Source: Thermoplasmatota archaeon
GTDB lineage: Archaea; Thermoplasmatota; E2; DHVEG-1
Length of the DNA stretch: 51,633 nucleotides
Direction of reading: 5' to 3'
NCBI GenBank assembly: GCA_030616985.1
Contig: JAUWWG010000001.1
Location: forward strand, 1 to 51,633
Within the stretch, counting starts at the first letter, position 1. Each line of letters opens with the position of its first letter. Under the pieces are notes generated by a model. That model saw only the letters and a program-made list of their open reading frames with translations, had not been told where the DNA came from and searched no databases. The translations under genes were made by a program, and so were the position numbers. Below are positions 1 to 9,629 of this stretch, piece after piece.

Positions 1-122
1 TCATCAACCTGTGAGATATACATTAGTGTTTTTGCAAGATTCTTCGGCATTCCAAGTCCAGCGAATAGTTGAACAACCTTACCATCCTCCTTATCTAATA
101 CAAACGAACTTATTTGTTTCAT
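1..122 (-). CDS. Partial CDS (first ~40 codons, continues past the left edge): probable HTH/winged-helix transcriptional regulator
   Basis: A reverse-strand ATG at 122-120 opens MKQISSFVLDKEDGKVVQLFAGLGMPKNLAKTLMYISQVD... with no stop before the edge. The GLGMPKNLAKTL segment resembles an HTH recognition region. It is absent from the ORF track because it is truncated. Confidence 0.4.
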   Translation of the reverse strand, partial: MKQISSFVLDKEDGKVVQLFAGLGMPKNLAKTLMYISQVD

Positions 123-626
123 TTTCTCCCTCTCATCAAATTAATAATTTCTAGAATCAGAATGTAATAAGTAAATATAAATCTAACGAAATCTAAATGA
201 AACAAATATAACAAACTCCTCTTGTCAATTTGTATACGTCTTAGTAAAATTAGTTTATTGTGAGTAAAGGGAAGCCCCAGCATGCGGGAAAAAAAGATGG
301 CAAATCTTTTGTCATTTTGAAGCCTCCCCCACTGACATTATTAAATCTTGTCTTATACTTTTCTTTCAGTTTATATATGAGTCTTTTAACTGTTATCCAA
401 TAACTGAAATTGATGGATAGAAAGATATTCAGGAATAGGTGATTCTCCTAGACATCTTCACCTATTTATAAGCCGGCAAAATGAAAATAAAGCCTAATGG
501 CAACTTCTGCGGAAATTGGGATAATTGCAGTCAACATCAAATCTCGTATTGTAGAAATATCAAAGGGATATACTTTCAATTTATCAGCATGGTTATACTC
601 AAGATTTAAAATAAATACGTCATGCA

Positions 627-1187
627 CTAATGTTTGTGAAAAATCAATACCCAATCCTGAATCAACTGGTCATCATGCATTAACTGCTTATATGTCTTCA
701 TCGCAAAGTGAAAACCTGATCTTTCTGCCATCTTAATCACCTCATCCAAAGACATCTGCATGTGTTCTTCGTGATGCCGTGGATATAACACTAATGTTCC
801 TTGGTGCTTCAACACGTTATACAATTGAGAAATCAGACTTCTCCGGTTTTCTACTAAATGTAAGACATCAAAAAGCAACACCATATCAAAGGTGGCTGTA
901 TCAAAGGGAAGATGAATATTCTCAGAGCTATCAAAACGTTTAACGTTCTCCAAATCTAATTCATCAGCGGTTTTCATCAGTGTATCCAACGCCGATATAT
1001 CCTTATCAACAGCATACACCCGTCCATCATTTCCCACAACCTTTGCAGCTGGAATGGTATAGGTTCCATGTCGACAGCCAAAATCAAGCACAAAATAATT
1101 TGTATTCATTCCAAGACTTTGAAGAAATGTTATTCCTGAACTGTCAATCCATTGCTCATATTCTGATGGGATTTTGATTTTTTTCAT
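627..1187 (-). CDS. Class I SAM-dependent methyltransferase
   Basis: 186-aa ORF. SAM-binding motif I VLDFGCRHGTY, followed by acidic-loop VYAVDKD and a DMVLLFDVLH motif typical of the Methyltransf_11/25 fold. Confidence 0.85.
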   Translation of the reverse strand: MKKIKIPSEYEQWIDSSGITFLQSLGMNTNYFVLDFGCRHGTYTIPAAKVVGNDGRVYAVDKDISALDTLMKTADELDLENVKRFDSSENIHLPFDTATFDMVLLFDVLHLVENRRSLISQLYNVLKHQGTLVLYPRHHEEHMQMSLDEVIKMAERSGFHFAMKTYKQLMHDDQLIQDWVLIFHKH

Positions 1188-1578
1188 TTTATTGCCTTCA
1201 AATCTACAATCCCAAACCGCCTTTTCAAGAAATGACTATTCAATGCTTACACTTATTTGTAGGATGCAACTTAGAATTTGACATTCTTTCATGCAGTTCC
1301 TTTATTCTTTTTTCTACATGTTTTGCATAGGCATCTGACATTTTACCTTTCCTCAAATCAACAAGTTCAAAACTCTCATCCTATCTTAAACGTTACGATT
1401 GTTTTCTATTTGATACATTCGTGCCGTATAAATTCAGCTATGCAAGAACATATTTATACCAGAAATCATTAATATATTATTGAGTGGGGAGTTTATTTTC
1501 AATTACCAATCGTTCCGCCTTAAAGGAACAAGGTAGATGTCATCCCATCCTTCCCACTCGTTCTTTTCTATCTTCCAT

Positions 1579-1707
1579 TTATGAGGTAATCTTTCTAATT
1601 TCATAATGCTCTGGATGTGGGCCAACATTGCCACTATTGCAATTCGGACATCGACTTATCTCTTCAGCAATCCATTCAAAATGACAATGATTACACAACA
1701 TAAGCAT
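1579..1707 (-). CDS. Small zinc-ribbon protein candidate (42 aa), not in the ORF track
   Basis: Translation by hand gives MLMLCNHCHFEWIAEEISRCPNCNSGNVGPHPEHYEIRKITS. It has two CxxC pairs (CNHC, CPNC). GAGGGC lies ~9 nt upstream and an A/T-rich TATA-like TTATTATAC ~30 nt upstream on the minus strand. Confidence 0.35.
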   Translation of the reverse strand: MLMLCNHCHFEWIAEEISRCPNCNSGNVGPHPEHYEIRKITS

Positions 1708-1762
1708 TCTTATTTGCCCTCAGGACTTTTGTATAATAACAAATGCCTTCTTATAGTGATTA

Positions 1763-2233
1763 TTATGAAAGATATATCCAGAGAAAAACCAATACACCGA
1801 TAACAAGTATGATTGATGCAAGAATCATAGATATTTTTTGTAATTTCTTTTGTTCAGGAGTACCAGGTTCTTGTTTCCATCCACTTTCAATACTGCCGCC
1901 AATACCAGCACCAATTGCCACGCCAATTGCTATGCCAATAGCAATATTATCCAATAATATACCAAAGATAAGACCCATTGGAATTCCAATTCCATATCCA
2001 ATACCCCATCCTGCACCTTTGGGAACTTTACGTTTTTTTTCCACTATTAGTTTTATTGTTAAATGACTCGATGGCCCAAGACTTTTTTCAACCCATCCAT
2101 CCCAATCACCAAAAAATTCAAAATATCCATGCATATCTTTATTTGGTGTAAAAAATTTTCCAATTCGGTCTTTTCCTCTACAATGAAACGCAGATGAAGG
2201 TTCTGAACCTTTTGGGATAAAATTAAATGTCAT
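1763..2233 (-). CDS. Hypothetical membrane protein with a glycine-zipper C-terminal region
   Basis: 156-aa ORF. The C-terminal half is Gly/Ile-rich (GWGIGYGIGIPMGLIFGILL...GIAIGVAIGAGIGG) and ends in a second hydrophobic helix. The reading frame stays open 35 codons upstream of the ATG (see findings). Confidence 0.5.
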   Translation of the reverse strand: MTFNFIPKGSEPSSAFHCRGKDRIGKFFTPNKDMHGYFEFFGDWDGWVEKSLGPSSHLTIKLIVEKKRKVPKGAGWGIGYGIGIPMGLIFGILLDNIAIGIAIGVAIGAGIGGSIESGWKQEPGTPEQKKLQKISMILASIILVIGVLVFLWIYLS

Positions 2234-2331
2234 TTTGTCACCCGTAAATTCTATGCTTATATATTCATTAGAACTATCATATCCTACAATAGTAGGTCCA
2301 ATGACTTCAAGATAATCATAATCATATTTAT

Positions 2332-2682
2332 CTACAAACTAAAGAGATCATCAGAGTTTTTTCCATCAATATCAGAAAACGCATAATCAAAAAGCCAGTT
2401 GTTGTATCTGTCAAGATAGGTTGAAACATCAATATCTGACTGATTGTCATAATACTTTACCCATTCTGACCATACCTTTCGTTGCTCATTCATGAGTAAT
2501 TTCACATCACCTTTATACCGTTTGTATAAATCAACAACAAAAGCAAACAAATCAAAGGAGTCGTCAACACCTTTTTCAAAACCTGAATAAAATTTGTTTT
2601 TCTCAGGAGCATCGTGTTTCATTGATTTGAGAGCATCTTTCTTCATTTTTTGTTTTTTGCTTTTCAGTGGTCCGTATTTCAT
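2332..2682 (-). CDS. Hypothetical protein (116 aa)
   Basis: ORF only. Lys-rich N-terminus and an acidic, aromatic-rich remainder, with no recognisable motif. It may be the upstream part of a disrupted gene together with 1763..2233. Confidence 0.4.
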   Translation of the reverse strand: MKYGPLKSKKQKMKKDALKSMKHDAPEKNKFYSGFEKGVDDSFDLFAFVVDLYKRYKGDVKLLMNEQRKVWSEWVKYYDNQSDIDVSTYLDRYNNWLFDYAFSDIDGKNSDDLFSL

Positions 2683-3115
2683 TATCTTACCCCAATGCCA
2701 ACATTTTGGAAAATCTAAATTTAATCGAAAAATTGTTTCTAATTTATTTTTTGTATCTGTTATAAATAGGCACTATTTTAAATTTCCCCGATTGAAACAT
2801 TCGCGAGAAGAATCATTTTTTCAGATGTAATCAATCATGTCCTATAATTTGATTTACACGTTTTATTATTTTTTCATGATCGTCTATGCCTGTGCCTTCC
2901 TCGATTGCAGTCTCTGGTTTACCACCATATATAAGTTCTACAAGCTTTTTAATTTCGTCGGATTCTATTTGTTCTAAACATGTCCCATCTTCACTCACGT
3001 TTTCACCATGACAGCCAATACTAAATCATTATAAAAATCTATTCTTTTGTTGGTTTTATCGATGACAGCACAAGCATTAATTTTAAGTTGAAAATCCTAA
3101 TTCCTAAAGGCAATC

Positions 3116-4447
3116 TTAAACCCATGTTTCAATGGATTCTCTAAATATTTCTCCAGCCTCTTTAATTACTTTGTCATCCACCGGTGCAAACGAAGCCCTA
3201 GCAACCGCTAAAGGTATTCTTCGAATATAATCGGCCATTCGGAGGTCTCTTCGCAGAGTCGTAGAATAATACTTTTCAACGATCTCATTTACATCATCAA
3301 TGTATTTTCCTACTGTCTTATCTGAAGCAGTTATCTTTGGCTCATAGGTTCTAGACAGCCTCATCCATTGATCATAATAATCATGTTTTTCTTTTATTTC
3401 TCCGCCACCATAAAATTTCTTACGGAAAAGATTTATTCTATCATCCTTGCTAATATTATGTACTTTAACAATAAGTGCACATCTACTTACAAGAAGTGGG
3501 GAGAGCCCGATGTCTGAGAGAGCTTTTTTCCCAAACACCTTTGATCTAGGATTTGCAAATGAGATCATGATAAACTCGCTTACAATGTTTTGATGAAGTT
3601 TTGCGGAATGTACACTACATTTACCATTTGAAAGCAGCTCATAACAGTACTCTATATCGTCTCCCGGAATTTTATCAAATTCGTCAATCAAAACCAGTTT
3701 TTCATGCGAATGTGGCAGTGCACCTAAATCCCCAGTTCCAAGATTACATACAAGTCCAGATCTCGTAGTATTTGCACCGATATTTGTAATGTCGGAGAAT
3801 TGATCACCGATTATCTCCTTTGCCATCGTTTTACTGCTACCTGGCTCCCCAATAATTAAAGAATGAACTGGCTCGCGGAATGTAGAAAACATACTAGTTG
3901 CAATGACTTTTTTCATTATGTCATTGCCATGTATTTCTTGAAAGACATTCTGCCAGAAACCTTTAAAACCTCTCTCTTTTGCAAACTCTATAAGTTCTTC
4001 ATCTGGTAAATATATCCCACGCTTTTCGCGTTCCCCTATCCTTTTCGATTCTATTACTTCCTGAAGGCCCTCTGCTTTAATTATAACCTTACTAAAAGCT
4101 TGTGAATTTCGGGTGAGTTTCAAGAGGTTATCATCAGTTTTTAAGGATGCATTACCCCACCCTGCCGCATAGACATCCAATGCATTTAAAACTGATTTGA
4201 TAACTGCCCGATCTGTTCTTTTAACTTCCACTTCAATAAGATCTTCATCTACTATTCTTACATCTGTTATATTTTCGTTTGCCAGAATGTTTCGTGCTCT
4301 TTGTATAAACATATTACCCTTACTATTACCCATTCCCAGTGAAGTAACGGACATTATCGCAATTTGTTCTAGCTTTGTTATTCCCATGCTTTCTAATTTT
4401 TTCCTATCAGAAGGGATAACTCCCAATAAACTTAGATCGTCTTCCAT
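3116..4447 (-). CDS. MCM-family AAA+ ATPase with an N-terminal helix-hairpin-helix domain (lacks the canonical MCM N-terminal OB/Zn domain)
   Basis: 443 aa. Walker A IIGEPGSSKT; Walker B LVLIDEFDKI (MCM-type IDEFDK); sensor-1-like MISFANP; Arg-finger-like LLVSRCALI (compare MCM LLSRFDL). The N-terminus LGVIPSDRKKLESMGITKLEQIAIMS resembles the RadA-type HhH. Confidence 0.75.
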   Translation of the reverse strand: MEDDLSLLGVIPSDRKKLESMGITKLEQIAIMSVTSLGMGNSKGNMFIQRARNILANENITDVRIVDEDLIEVEVKRTDRAVIKSVLNALDVYAAGWGNASLKTDDNLLKLTRNSQAFSKVIIKAEGLQEVIESKRIGEREKRGIYLPDEELIEFAKERGFKGFWQNVFQEIHGNDIMKKVIATSMFSTFREPVHSLIIGEPGSSKTMAKEIIGDQFSDITNIGANTTRSGLVCNLGTGDLGALPHSHEKLVLIDEFDKIPGDDIEYCYELLSNGKCSVHSAKLHQNIVSEFIMISFANPRSKVFGKKALSDIGLSPLLVSRCALIVKVHNISKDDRINLFRKKFYGGGEIKEKHDYYDQWMRLSRTYEPKITASDKTVGKYIDDVNEIVEKYYSTTLRRDLRMADYIRRIPLAVARASFAPVDDKVIKEAGEIFRESIETWV

Positions 4448-4693
4448 AACTTAACACGCGACCAAGGGTTATCCTATCTTACGATTAAAACTTTGTGTTA
4501 ACAAAATAAGCGGCGATTTTCCAAAAAAACATGGTTACTTTCATTTATCATTGTCCTCGAAAAAAAGCAAGTTTAATGGTTTTGTAAAAAACAGAATTAA
4601 TGCTAAAATTTGACAGATGATGCATATTTTATAAAATACTAAAAATATTATATACCTTCATACATATGTATAAATTTGTGGAGAATGCGCAAA

Positions 4694-6565
4694 ATGAAAA
4701 AAATATGTAAGAAAAAATTGTTGATGAAAATTAAGAATCTTAAAGGAATCTGGTTTCATATTATAGGCATTGCCTGTTTAATTTGGTTTTTAATAAGAGT
4801 TGTACCCGCGCCTCATAGATTCCAGTATCCTTGTCAGCAAATTTCCATTCCTATTGCATTAGGATATATTGCTTTTTGGAGTATCTTATTTCATGGGCTT
4901 TTGAGATGGATACGAAAAGTGAAATTACGAACTTCGGCAGTCTTACCAGCAATTTCAGTCGTTTTTATCATAATTTTCACAGTTACGGGAATAGTATTTG
5001 CCGATAATTACTTCAATTATGGCACTTCATCAGAACCATGGGACCCAATACCTAAAGCCCCCATTGGAACCCCTCAGGGCGTTAACCCTGGAAGAGTCGT
5101 ATGGATATGGAACCCAGATGCTACAGAGTCAAATTTGAATGGATATTGGTGGAAAACAGAAAATAATAATCAAATGGTTATCGACCAGATGTTTTCCTCA
5201 GGGGTGCAGGGTTTGACAGGAACAGAAGATGACCATACTGCTTGGAGTAGTTTATTCAAATATTTTAATCAGGTTCATGGTTATGGTGAAGCAGACTATC
5301 AAACTGGTGAAAAGATCGCGATCAAAATTAACCTCAATAACTGTGGAAGCCCCATTGATTACATAAATGGATATGTGAAAAAAGATAATGACCGAGATGC
5401 AAGCCCCTATGTCGTAAAAACACTCCTTAGACAACTTGTCAATAGTGTAGGAGTTGAACAGGATGATATCACAGTATATGATGCATCTCGACAGATAGGG
5501 AACTGGTTTTATGATCGCGTTGCTGATGAGTTTCCTGATATCCATTATGTTGACGTTGAAGGGGGTGCTGATGGAAGAGAACAGGCACAATCAAGTTCAG
5601 AAAAAATCTATTTTCAGGATGGGACCATTCGAACATTGCCTAGATGTGTTGTCGATGCCGATTATCTTATCAATATGCCCTTGTTGAAAAAACACCCCAT
5701 TAACAATGGCATCACATTGTCTGGGAAAAATATGTTTGGTACGTTTATTGAACCTGTCCTAGTTCTCCATCCTTACCATGAATCCGGACAAAACATGGGA
5801 AATCCAGCACCTCAAACTGATCTTTTTGCACATAAGCACATTGGTAAAAAAACTCTTCTTTTCATTGGAGACGGAACATTTGGAACCTTGCAAGATCATC
5901 GTACGATTAGTAAATTTGACATGTATCCGTTTAACGATGACTGGTCTAACAGCTTATTTTTCTCACAGGATCCAGTGGCCCTTGATTCTGTGATGTACGA
6001 CTTCCTCCACACCGAAGGACCATGCCCCAATGAAGGTTCTCAAAACTACATACATCAGGCAGCAGAACCACCAATGGACACATATGATCCAGAAAATGAC
6101 GGAGAATTTTTATCAGAAAGTCTTGGAGTGCATGAACATTGGGACACAAATGTTTCCATTTTTTCAGCTGATCGATATTTGGGCCCAGATAATAATGGCA
6201 TTGATTTTGTTGCCGTTGGAGTGGAATACGTACACCCATCAGTTGTTATTACTCAACCTAGTGAGAATAAGTTTTATTTGAACGGAAACGAACAATCATT
6301 TAAGATACTCTGGAGATATGTTTATTCACTTCCAATAACTTTGGTCATTGGAAACATCACGGTGAAAGCACAAGTTAACAATTTAACAGAGGTAGACCAA
6401 ATGAAATTTTATATGGATGGGCAACTGCAACATACAGATGAAGAAGTCCCTTATGAATGGGAGTGGGATCAACCTTCATTTTCAAGACATTTACTAAACA
6501 TCACTGCATCTGTAAACGGAGAAGAAATACTACATGCCCAACGTATTGTCTGGAAACTTTTCTGA
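4694..6565 (+). CDS. Membrane-anchored DUF362-like protein with a C-terminal Ig-like domain
   Basis: The ORF track opens at TTG 4676. ATG 4694 lies ~10 nt after GGAG and is preferred (ATG 4685 also possible). N-terminal TM helices; KIAIKINLNN and DPVALDSVMYDFL resemble DUF362 signatures. Confidence 0.65.
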   Translation: MKKICKKKLLMKIKNLKGIWFHIIGIACLIWFLIRVVPAPHRFQYPCQQISIPIALGYIAFWSILFHGLLRWIRKVKLRTSAVLPAISVVFIIIFTVTGIVFADNYFNYGTSSEPWDPIPKAPIGTPQGVNPGRVVWIWNPDATESNLNGYWWKTENNNQMVIDQMFSSGVQGLTGTEDDHTAWSSLFKYFNQVHGYGEADYQTGEKIAIKINLNNCGSPIDYINGYVKKDNDRDASPYVVKTLLRQLVNSVGVEQDDITVYDASRQIGNWFYDRVADEFPDIHYVDVEGGADGREQAQSSSEKIYFQDGTIRTLPRCVVDADYLINMPLLKKHPINNGITLSGKNMFGTFIEPVLVLHPYHESGQNMGNPAPQTDLFAHKHIGKKTLLFIGDGTFGTLQDHRTISKFDMYPFNDDWSNSLFFSQDPVALDSVMYDFLHTEGPCPNEGSQNYIHQAAEPPMDTYDPENDGEFLSESLGVHEHWDTNVSIFSADRYLGPDNNGIDFVAVGVEYVHPSVVITQPSENKFYLNGNEQSFKILWRYVYSLPITLVIGNITVKAQVNNLTEVDQMKFYMDGQLQHTDEEVPYEWEWDQPSFSRHLLNITASVNGEEILHAQRIVWKLF

Positions 6566-6662
6566 TTATTACACTTTCCTCTGAGATACTGTGTAAATCA
6601 TATAGCAAAATCAGGTAGTCTTAAAGTACCTTAAACCATACATTAAACGGCCTAAAAAGAAA

Positions 6663-7934
6663 ATGGATGAAAATAAGAAGAAAGCAATAATAGTTTCACT
6701 TTCCGATGACGTTTCTGAGATAGAACAGTTAGCTGATTCCCTGAACCACTGTATCGTTGAAACGTTCATCCAGCATAGGGAACTACCTGATGTCAATAGT
6801 TATGTTGGTTTTGGCAAGGTTGAGGAAATAAAGGAATTTATCGATAATTATGACGAAGATGTCGATTTGATTATTGTCGATGGTGAGTTGAAGCCCTCAC
6901 AGTGGTTCACCCTTGAAAAAAGATTAAATGTAGAAGTATATGATCGAGTGAGGCTTATTTTAGCAATATTTAAAGAGAGGGCAGACAGAAAAGAGGCAAG
7001 ACTCCAGGTTAAATTGGCTGAACTCCAGTATGAAAAGCCATTTGTGCGTGAACTTATTCATCGTGCACGAAGTGGTGAACATCCTGGCCTTATGGCTGGT
7101 GGAGAGTACCAAGTTGACGATTACTTTGAGATGATTAAAAAACAAATAAAAAAAATAAGAGAGAATCTGGGAAAAATCCGTGATGAAAGAGAGGTGCGTA
7201 GAAGACATAGACATACTAGTGGTTTTTATCTGATCTCACTAGCAGGATATACAAATGCTGGTAAAAGTAGTCTTTTGAATATATTGTCCGGTGAAGAGGT
7301 AAAGGTTGAAGGGAAGCTTTTTTCCACACTTTCTACAACCACACGTAAGATATATAGCAAAAATTTACCGATTTTACTTACAGACACGGTTGGTTTTATT
7401 CAAAATCTCCCTGCCGAGATTATTGATGCATTTCACTCTACTCTTGAGGAGATAGAAGTCGCGGATGTTATTCTTCTGGTTGCAGATGCAAGCGAAGAAA
7501 TTGAGATTGTTGAAAGGAAACTTAAAACATCCTTGGATGAGCTAGTTGGAATAGGTGTGACCTCACCTGTTATCATCGTTCTGAATAAGATTGATTTGCC
7601 CTCCAAGGGAGATCTTGACAAAATAACAGAACGCCTACAAAAATTAGGGTTAGCGGATAACAGAAAAATAATTCTGATTTCTGTAAAAAACAGGGAAAAT
7701 ATAGATTCATTGCTGAACGCGATCCACGAAGTACTGCCCCAGGTGGCTAAAATCAAAATAAGAATGCCAATTAACGAAAAAACACAGTCTTTTATATCTT
7801 GGATTTATGAAAAAGCACATGTTTCTGAGATTTCATACGAAGATTATGTAACGCTTTTTGTTGAATGCAATATAAAAATAAGAGACAAGATAATTTCTAG
7901 ATGCCGGGATCTTAAGGGATTTGTTATTGACTGA
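6663..7934 (+). CDS. hflX: GTPase HflX
   Basis: 423 aa. G1 GYTNAGKSSLLN, G3 DTVGF, G4 NKID, preceded by the HflX-type N-terminal and helical linker domains (LQVKLAELQYEKP). Confidence 0.9.
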   Translation: MDENKKKAIIVSLSDDVSEIEQLADSLNHCIVETFIQHRELPDVNSYVGFGKVEEIKEFIDNYDEDVDLIIVDGELKPSQWFTLEKRLNVEVYDRVRLILAIFKERADRKEARLQVKLAELQYEKPFVRELIHRARSGEHPGLMAGGEYQVDDYFEMIKKQIKKIRENLGKIRDEREVRRRHRHTSGFYLISLAGYTNAGKSSLLNILSGEEVKVEGKLFSTLSTTTRKIYSKNLPILLTDTVGFIQNLPAEIIDAFHSTLEEIEVADVILLVADASEEIEIVERKLKTSLDELVGIGVTSPVIIVLNKIDLPSKGDLDKITERLQKLGLADNRKIILISVKNRENIDSLLNAIHEVLPQVAKIKIRMPINEKTQSFISWIYEKAHVSEISYEDYVTLFVECNIKIRDKIISRCRDLKGFVID

Positions 7935-8297
7935 GAAGCCCGCCTAAATAGAATATTTAGTGGCAGTAATTCAGCATATTATTACTTTATGATGTGGATT
8001 AAAAATACTAAATCGTAGAGTGTATTCAGCGCATTGATTTCCTGTGGAAATACAGATTCTATTGGTTAATATCATGGCATCGTAAGCACGGGCATTATAA
8101 TTGGCACCCCATTTGCAAAAACCCTCTTTAAAAGGAGTTTTTTATAAATTATATTCTGCGGAACATCATCTTATGTACAATTTATTATAATTTATAGAAT
8201 ATTATAGAACAATTTAAATACTTATTACTATATTATTAATTAATAGCATAATTAATAGCATAAAAAAATGTTGAAATATTGAGGAGGCAAGAATATT

Positions 8298-9329
8298 ATG
8301 CGTAATGGAAAACACATTAAATTGGGAAAAAAAGTTATTATACTCGGGGCGATAGTTGTAGCACTATTATTTGTATCTTCTGCAACTGCTGTACCTCAGA
8401 CTCATGGCTCAGTAGTTGTTGAAAAATTGGACGAAATTGAAAAAATAGAAACAATTTATAGTATTTTATCTGAAGAAATAGACATTGAAAATCTTGATTC
8501 TGATGAAACAACGATCGGCACAGTTTTTATGCTGGCTACAGTTACTGAGCAGATAATTTCTATGGTCAGAGATCCAGATGGTGAGTTGGATATATCTGCC
8601 ATTCAAAGTGCTGCTGAAAAGATTGATCGAGGAGAGATAGATGAAAAAGATGTCATTTTTAAAACTCAGGATTGCCTGAACTTACTCTCCACCACAATTG
8701 ATGAGATGTTAACTGAAAAAGAATTATCAGATGAAGAACTAATCGCATTTAGGACATTGAAAACATATGTGCTAAAACTTCAATCAATGACAGATGGTGA
8801 GGCTTTAAATAGTAACATATCTACAGAAAAAGGAAGAGAAGGATTGTTTCAAAAATTGATATCAATTATACTAATAATTTTACTAATTCCTTTCATGATT
8901 CTTAAAGGAGTAATCAGTGGAGTTATTGGAATTATTGCAGGAGCCTTACGCGGCATAGGTGCACTGATTAAGTTAGTCGTTTTATTATTTGCTGGTGTAC
9001 AGAGCATGTTGACGTTAACTGCATTCTTTGTAATGTTCATAGGGATAATGAGCAGAATAGGCATCAAGTTATTTGCGGCTGCTGGTGTTCCGATATTTGC
9101 TATTATCATATCTAGACTAATACCCGCAATTGGATCATTTCTTGGAGGTTTATCGCTTGCAGTCCATTCGTTAGTAGCATTGTTAATAATTCTTGCGATA
9201 CCCCTGTCCATAGCTCTAATAGTAGGTATAATAATCTTATTACTGGGCGAGGAGGAAAACCCACCAGAAATACTAGCATCGATCTTAGAAACAATCTCTG
9301 GAATACGGATGATAGTCTCTCCAGACTAG
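8298..9329 (+). CDS. Hypothetical polytopic membrane protein with a secreted acidic N-terminal domain
   Basis: GAGGAGG SD 8 nt upstream. Signal/anchor VIILGAIVVALLFVSSATA, an ~160-aa acidic helical region, then several Gly/Ile/Leu-rich TM segments. Confidence 0.6.
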   Translation: MRNGKHIKLGKKVIILGAIVVALLFVSSATAVPQTHGSVVVEKLDEIEKIETIYSILSEEIDIENLDSDETTIGTVFMLATVTEQIISMVRDPDGELDISAIQSAAEKIDRGEIDEKDVIFKTQDCLNLLSTTIDEMLTEKELSDEELIAFRTLKTYVLKLQSMTDGEALNSNISTEKGREGLFQKLISIILIILLIPFMILKGVISGVIGIIAGALRGIGALIKLVVLLFAGVQSMLTLTAFFVMFIGIMSRIGIKLFAAAGVPIFAIIISRLIPAIGSFLGGLSLAVHSLVALLIILAIPLSIALIVGIIILLLGEEENPPEILASILETISGIRMIVSPD

Positions 9330-9629
9330 AAAACATTTTATGCAAAATGTAGAATTGGTTTGAGATTAATCTTCAAGATTATTCAGAATGATTATTTGAA
9401 ACCCAAGTCATGTCAGCAAAAAGTGCTGTTATGAAAATCAGATTAACTAGCATAATGGCTGCTGGCCCATCTAATTTTTATTTCTGTTAATTTCTTTTCC
9501 AGTCTAAACCATAAGCATAGGCGACATTTTCACATCCTGCCACTTTTCCAAAAAACCTTTAAATACACTGACTGACAAAATCTGCCATGTTGGATGTTTT
9601 CACGCTAATATCTAACGTGGAATGGTAGG

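Noticed and set aside
296-322. Weaker look-alikes of the 19-nt element (296-322 GGCAAATCTTTTGTCATTTTG; 2230-2243 CATTTTGTCAC; 9573-9587 TGACAAAATCTGCCA; ~33375-33391 GCAAAATCTTGTGTCA)
   Set aside because: Each matches only one half-site or has different spacing, and none keeps the 5-nt distance to a TATA box. In AT-rich DNA such partial matches are expected by chance. They are worth re-scoring only with a genome-wide PWM.
466-736. ORFs 466..654 (-) and 497..736 (+)
   Set aside because: They overlap each other and the 3' end of the methyltransferase gene. No RBS, motif or hydrophobicity pattern supports either. The 123-626 region remains unassigned.
1278-2066. Plus-strand ORFs 1278..1472, 1606..1803, 1743..2066
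   Set aside because: They have no start context. The latter two overlap better-supported minus-strand ORFs (the zinc ribbon and the glycine-zipper protein). 1743..2066 is the Pro/Ile-rich antisense of the Gly/Ile zipper.
2284-2334. TAG read-through (pyrrolysine-type) at the end of ORF 2332..2682
   Set aside because: Reading through the TAG in frame gives only 16 more codons (INMIMIILKSLDLLL) before another TAG at 2284-2286, and no pyl genes are visible.
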